DNA of 58,287 bases from Rhodospirillaceae bacterium TMED23 (GTDB lineage Bacteria > Pseudomonadota > Alphaproteobacteria > Rhodospirillales > UBA2165). Made by a program: the position numbers and the translations under genes. Below, one piece after another: positions 53,782 through 58,287 of the stretch. A model generated the notes under the pieces. The model did no database searches and was not told the origin of the DNA. It was given only the letters and a program-made list of their open reading frames with translations. Positions within the stretch are counted from its first letter, which is position 1; each line of letters begins with the position of its first letter. The stretch covers positions 1 through 58,287 of the forward strand of contig NHCC01000019.1 in NCBI GenBank assembly GCA_002168115.1. Direction: 5' to 3'.

Positions 53782-55008
53782 TTAAGCAATAGTGACTGGC
53801 AATACGTCCAGACCTCTGAAGCGGGCTCGCCCATGAAAGCGCTTTTCGCCATTAGCTTTTAATTTAGGAAACCGTTTGATAAACTTTCCAATTGCGACAT
53901 CACCCTCAATTCGACCAAGTGTATTGCCCAAACAGATATGTTTACCAATCCCAAATGCTATCTGAGGGTTTGGTTTCCGACCAATATCCACTTCCTCTGG
54001 ATTATCAAAGATTTCAGGATCACGATTAGCAGACCCAATTCCCGTATGAATAAAAGCACCGGCTGGAATCACAACTTTTTTATTAGAGATGCCAAATTCA
54101 ACATTCTCAGTTGCCTTTCGATTGCCGATCTGAAGTGGCGACTGAAATCTCAGAAACTCCTCAACTGCTGTTTTTATTAAACTTGGATCATTTCTAAGCC
54201 TATTCATTTCATTCGGATAATCGAGTAATATACTAATACCATTACCCACTAAATTTGCAGTTGTTTCATGTCCAGCATTTAATAAAAAAATACAGTTCTG
54301 AACGAGTTCCACAGATGATAGCCTTTCTCCCTCAATTTTACCAAAAATAAGTGAAGCCAGCACCTCGCCCATTTCCCCTGCCTCAGGTTTTTCTCGACGT
54401 TTAGCTATCAGTTCCTCAAGTAATGATCCAAATTCCTCCACGGCAGAATGACCTTCCTTTATTTTCTCTGGCGGCACCACGGGATCTAACGCCCCCAAGA
54501 TTAAATTTGAATAATTATGAAGCTTATGGCGATGCTCTTCTGGTACCCCGAGCATGTCGGCAATAATTTCTGTAGGCAGTGCCAAAGCATAATCCGATAC
54601 AACATCAAATGAGCCCAAATCAGCTAACCTATCCAATAAACGATCAATAATCTGCTCAATTACTGGTTCTAATTCGGCGAGTTTTCGCGGAGTAAAAGCC
54701 TCAGAAAGTAATTTTCTGACACGTGTATGAGCAGGAGGATCGTTAAATACCAAGCTCGAGGTATGATGTGTATAAAGGGGCCCATCACCAAACTTGGGTC
54801 TAAAATTCTCTTTCTTATCAGAACTCATGCTTGGATGCTTGAACGATAAAACAACATCTTCATAACGCGTTAAAAAATAAGAGCCATCTTCATTCAGATG
54901 CACGGGATCATAATTTCGAAGACTTTTATAAGTGGGAAAAGGATCATCAAGAAAATCTTGCCCTATTCTTTTGATATCAAAATTCTCGGCCAGTTCTTTA
55001 TCATTCAT
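53782..55008 (-). CDS. Cytochrome P450
   Basis: The heme-thiolate loop is FGIGKHICLGNTLGR, the I-helix is LLNAGHETTANL and the ExxR motif is VEEFLRF. Confidence 0.92.
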   Translation of the reverse strand: MNDKELAENFDIKRIGQDFLDDPFPTYKSLRNYDPVHLNEDGSYFLTRYEDVVLSFKHPSMSSDKKENFRPKFGDGPLYTHHTSSLVFNDPPAHTRVRKLLSEAFTPRKLAELEPVIEQIIDRLLDRLADLGSFDVVSDYALALPTEIIADMLGVPEEHRHKLHNYSNLILGALDPVVPPEKIKEGHSAVEEFGSLLEELIAKRREKPEAGEMGEVLASLIFGKIEGERLSSVELVQNCIFLLNAGHETTANLVGNGISILLDYPNEMNRLRNDPSLIKTAVEEFLRFQSPLQIGNRKATENVEFGISNKKVVIPAGAFIHTGIGSANRDPEIFDNPEEVDIGRKPNPQIAFGIGKHICLGNTLGRIEGDVAIGKFIKRFPKLKANGEKRFHGRARFRGLDVLPVTIA

Positions 55009-55025
55009 AATACTAACACTCTATA

Positions 55026-57992
55026 CTATGCTGAAGCAGACAACTCAGTGTCGCCACTCCAAACCTCAACCTCAACCAAAGCAGAGGACGTCGCCATCGA
55101 GTGGGCTTGCTTAATTTGCGTGCGTTTTGGAGTTAGTTGATTTAAACACCCTCCTCGATCTACGGAGTTGCCAGGCTCCCCCATCGGGTCATAAATAGCA
55201 CAAGACTCATATCCGTGAATAACTCCGCGGGCTAGTCGACTTGTAGGAAATGCGGCACAAACGACTGCGCCTCTATCATTGTAGACTTTGACCAAATCAA
55301 ATTTTTTAATGCCTCTAGCTATGGAGTCCTTATCATTGATACGAAGTGTCCAGTAATATCTCCCATCAACCTTAATACGCTGGTCAATGATATCATTTAG
55401 AAAAGTATCCTTGCCGTCACCTTGACTATGATAACTATATCTTGAATGTGGCGTCATCATCAAAAGAGGAAACTTATCAAAGAGTTTTTTATTATTTGGG
55501 CCCTCCCAGCTTGCTGCATACCTAGCAATGGTTGGCCTCTCCGGATCATCCGGATCAAAACGTTTGAGACTATTACAGTCAAATTCAATTTTTCCAGATT
55601 GAGTCTGCAATCCTTTTAAAAATTCTTCAGTATAATCAGCTGGTAAGGGATGGGGCTCCGGAACATCTTTCTTTCTGCCCTCTGCGAACCAGCGAAAAGA
55701 AACAGGAGGGCGCAGTTCTTCTTTTAATGGAGGAACCACAAAATAACCTTTTTTGATGAATTGTTTCCAAGTGATATGTTGGGGAAGATCTGACGCGTCA
55801 AACTGTCGCTTTACCCAATCAAGTTCACTCATACCTTCAGAAAACAACAAACCTAGACCGAGCCTTTGTGATATCTCGAGAAAAATCTGATAGTCAGACT
55901 TTGACTCGCCAAGAGGTTCAATACATTTATGCTGGAATGTAATTACACGGTGATTGAGTTGATTTTGACCATGATGGGTATAACCACCTATGCCGGCCCA
56001 CTCACTTATATCCGTCCGTTCTAAATGAGTACATGCAGGAAGAATGATATCAGCGTAGGGTGCATCACCTTCCATCCAGATAGACTGATTAACTACAAAT
56101 TCAAGGTTTTCCGAATTATACATTTTAACATAGCGATTTGTTTCGCTCATGGTACCAAATAATGATGATCCATACTTATAAAGCATTTTTACAGGGGCCT
56201 GGCCCGTTTTAGGATAGGCAATTTTATTGAATTGGCCTTCTATTGTTTTGCCATCCCATGCATAACCTTCTACACGCTCACCTGCAATTGCCTCGGGCAA
56301 ATGTAAGCGAGGAATCTTTTGGCTCGTTGTATTTATGGTGGGAAGTTGAGGCATCCGCTGATAAAGCGAGACCGCTAATGCAGTACCTGTTAAATCACCA
56401 GAGATTCCTCCATCCGCGTAACCTGGAAAATAAAAATGAAGGTCAAGCGGTGTCGCTCTCTGCATATTACCTAGATTCACTCCAGGCTTACCTATTCCTT
56501 GCATCGCCATTAAGCAAATCATCATTCTGGACCACTGTATCCCGGTTGCATTTCTGCATGCACCCCCATACCCATTCCCCGCTCCACCCGCCGAGAGATA
56601 GACTTTTTTATTTCCCCAAGCGCGCGCTAATGCCCTTATTTCTTTGGAACCAACACCTGTCTCCTTTTCCTGCCATTCAGGTGTTTTAGGAATTCCATCA
56701 TCTTCTCCTAGGACATAAGATTTCCAAACGTCAAAACCCTCAGTGCGCTTCGATACATATTCTTGATCATATAATTCTTCAGTAATCCAAACATAAGCAA
56801 TAGCTAATGCCAGGGCAGGATCGCTTTGAGGCTTTGGAGATAACCATTTCCCGCCAAGAAATTGAGCGGTATCATTGTAATAAGGGTCTATGTGCACATA
56901 ATCGATATCTAATTCTTTTAACCATTTCCTTCTTATCGAGCCCTCATGCGACCCATAATTGCCACTTGTTGCCTCTGGATTACTTGACCAAAAAACAATC
57001 ATCTCACAATGTTTTAACAAATCTTCGACAGTACCGTAATTCTCAGACATACCGACTCTTAAACTGTGTCCCCAATGATGCAGACCACCCCAATACCAAC
57101 CCTCCCAACTATCGGGGTTATGATGAATTTCTGTATGCCCTACTAAATTCATAAATCTAAAATTTGCGCTCAGGTAATAGCCAATATTTCCAAACGTATG
57201 ATGGGAGCCGTGACTAGAAGCCATGGCTCCTGGTCCATATTGACGCTTCACTCGTTTTATTTCGCCAGCAACTATGTCTAGTGCCTCATCCCAGCTTATT
57301 TTTTCATAACCACTTTTTCCACGGTTTTTTATATTCCGATCACCCTTAGGATCAAAATCCACTCTTTTCATGGGATGCAAAATGCGGTCAGGAGAGTAAA
57401 CCATAGACTTCCAGTTTTGGCCATGAGGCGATAATGAGGTTTGCCGGGGAGGCGTGAACTCTTTTCCTCTAGCTTTCACATTCCATGTTTTAGGGTCACT
57501 TTCATCAAATTCTATGGGCGTAATTCTAATAATTTTATCGTTCTTGACATATACCCTTATTGGCCCACCATTCGTGTTACTGGTGTAGACTATTGTTCCA
57601 TCTGTTTGGTGGGTACCAAATTTCCAGTTAATCGTTTGCGTTAACATAATTGTTTGCGCAAACCAGAAAGCATCCTCATCCCTACCAGTCATAGTAAGAT
57701 TAAATTCTTTTTGTGCATCAATTTGTTGTTGATAGTTAACGGGCGGCATCAAAAGTCTAACAGCAATATTTTCATCCTTGAAAGCCATACAAATATCTGG
57801 ATTGTCATGTATGCCCGCCTTCGACTTTATTTTACCGCTAGAAAAAATAAAAAATCGCCCTCGACTGTCATCAGCTATTTTTATCTGTGCAATTAAATTT
57901 CTTTGTTTGCAACGTTTACGGAACGATGGGTAAAAAAATGAAGTGATTGTTAATACGCAATACAGTCCAAAAAGAATTATAGAAAATTTCAT
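55026..57992 (-). CDS. Molybdopterin (bis-MGD, DMSO-reductase family) enzyme, pyrogallol hydroxytransferase large-subunit-like, with N-terminal membrane anchor plus extra domain
   Basis: [93 protein letters not shown] and [11 protein letters not shown] are colinear with Pelobacter AthL from memory. Start preferred at the ATG 57992 ([13 protein letters not shown] 11 nt upstream). The track's GTG at 58034 would overlap fahA by 37 nt. Confidence 0.85.
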   Translation of the reverse strand: MKFSIILFGLYCVLTITSFFYPSFRKRCKQRNLIAQIKIADDSRGRFFIFSSGKIKSKAGIHDNPDICMAFKDENIAVRLLMPPVNYQQQIDAQKEFNLTMTGRDEDAFWFAQTIMLTQTINWKFGTHQTDGTIVYTSNTNGGPIRVYVKNDKIIRITPIEFDESDPKTWNVKARGKEFTPPRQTSLSPHGQNWKSMVYSPDRILHPMKRVDFDPKGDRNIKNRGKSGYEKISWDEALDIVAGEIKRVKRQYGPGAMASSHGSHHTFGNIGYYLSANFRFMNLVGHTEIHHNPDSWEGWYWGGLHHWGHSLRVGMSENYGTVEDLLKHCEMIVFWSSNPEATSGNYGSHEGSIRRKWLKELDIDYVHIDPYYNDTAQFLGGKWLSPKPQSDPALALAIAYVWITEELYDQEYVSKRTEGFDVWKSYVLGEDDGIPKTPEWQEKETGVGSKEIRALARAWGNKKVYLSAGGAGNGYGGACRNATGIQWSRMMICLMAMQGIGKPGVNLGNMQRATPLDLHFYFPGYADGGISGDLTGTALAVSLYQRMPQLPTINTTSQKIPRLHLPEAIAGERVEGYAWDGKTIEGQFNKIAYPKTGQAPVKMLYKYGSSLFGTMSETNRYVKMYNSENLEFVVNQSIWMEGDAPYADIILPACTHLERTDISEWAGIGGYTHHGQNQLNHRVITFQHKCIEPLGESKSDYQIFLEISQRLGLGLLFSEGMSELDWVKRQFDASDLPQHITWKQFIKKGYFVVPPLKEELRPPVSFRWFAEGRKKDVPEPHPLPADYTEEFLKGLQTQSGKIEFDCNSLKRFDPDDPERPTIARYAASWEGPNNKKLFDKFPLLMMTPHSRYSYHSQGDGKDTFLNDIIDQRIKVDGRYYWTLRINDKDSIARGIKKFDLVKVYNDRGAVVCAAFPTSRLARGVIHGYESCAIYDPMGEPGNSVDRGGCLNQLTPKRTQIKQAHSMATSSALVEVEVWSGDTELSASA

Positions 57993-57997
57993 TCTTC

Positions 57998-58287
57998 TTA
58001 AATCTCCAGAGCCGATAGTATGATTGACCGACACTCGCCAAAACCAATCTTTATTAAATCATCACCTCCACCACACCACGCCTTCATTATCACCTCATCC
58101 CCATCTTTAAGAAATTTACGCTTCTCGCCTGAAGGAAAAACGATGTCAGTTTTGCCACCTTCTGTCACTTCAAGCAGACTGCCCAGCTGATTCTTCTCAC
58201 TACCAGAGATAGTTCCTGAGCCATAAAAGTCTCCTGATCTCAAATTACAACCATTTATGGTGTGATGCGTAAGCATTTGAGAAATCG
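57998..58287 (-). CDS. fahA: Fumarylacetoacetase, C-terminal part (5' end outside window)
   Basis: [24 protein letters not shown]...GSLLE...[13 protein letters not shown]...IGFGEC is colinear with the C-terminus of human/bacterial FAH (LTVNGCNLRPGDLLASGTISG...GSMLE...TRKFLLDGDEVII...IGFGQC). The frame is open to the window edge. Confidence 0.88.
   Translation of the reverse strand, partial: ISQMLTHHTINGCNLRSGDFYGSGTISGSEKNQLGSLLEVTEGGKTDIVFPSGEKRKFLKDGDEVIMKAWCGGGDDLIKIGFGECRSIILSALEI

Noticed and set aside
1-58287. CRISPR arrays, rRNA genes, toxin-antitoxin pairs, restriction-modification or other recognisable defence systems
   Set aside because: I found no regularly spaced direct repeats, no rRNA-like sequence, and no nuclease, ATPase, methylase or small-ORF pairs of defence type. 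The only periodic repeat is the 108-bp Sel1 unit.
5378-58287. Linking the hppD remnant (left) and fahA (right edge) as one homogentisate operon
   Set aside because: They are 52 kb apart and on opposite strands, with unrelated clusters between them. No hmgA or maiA gene is in the window. They can only be noted as parts of the same pathway, not as one locus.

Overview
This is a 58,287-bp, densely coding, AT-rich bacterial chromosomal segment. GC is roughly 35-47% by eye and was not computed. Alphaproteobacterial hallmarks are a GapR/DUF2312 protein, a Cys-poor YkgO-type L36 and TRAP transporters. Layout: (i) 1-5.3 kb holds envelope/lipid genes: a GT-B glycosyltransferase fragment, DUF2062, and a membrane-anchored class-III aminotransferase with a phosphatidylserine-decarboxylase-family protein and an Mpo1-like protein. 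(ii) 5.3-11.6 kb is a decayed, island-like stretch. It contains a truncated hppD fused to a Sel1-repeat remnant, an apparently intact IS3-family element with a readable -1 frameshift signal, a methyltransferase/GT2/GT-C-like trio, an exonuclease gene remnant, long hairpins and a 50-nt tRNA-Thr(GGU) 3' half that looks like an att remnant. (iii) 11.6-15.7 kb holds surface-polysaccharide-type genes split by an 885-bp non-coding gap. (iv) 15.7-21.9 kb is a homoprotocatechuate meta-cleavage cluster. (v) 22-35.6 kb is mixed: EamA, an EgtD-like methyltransferase, two N-formylglutamate-amidohydrolase-family paralogs, gapR, an orphan flagellin-like gene, glcDEF, rpmJ, tRNA-Val, SLT and OsmC. (vi) 35.6-46.7 kb is one 11-gene minus-strand array: TRAP dctPQM, TauE, pcaHGBDC, a Xi-class GST and a FadB-like enzyme. 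(vii) 47-52.8 kb is a MarR-flanked cluster of a NicX-like dioxygenase, a hydrolase, an ACAD-fold protein and a CoA ligase, with a flavin reductase. (viii) 52.9-58.3 kb holds a CmcJ-like oxygenase, a P450, a ~1000-aa pyrogallol-hydroxytransferase-like molybdoenzyme with an unusual N-terminal extension, and the 3' end of fumarylacetoacetase. No rRNA genes or CRISPR arrays were seen. All functional calls rest on motif-level recognition of the translated ORFs and on remembered reference sequences; no database search was possible.
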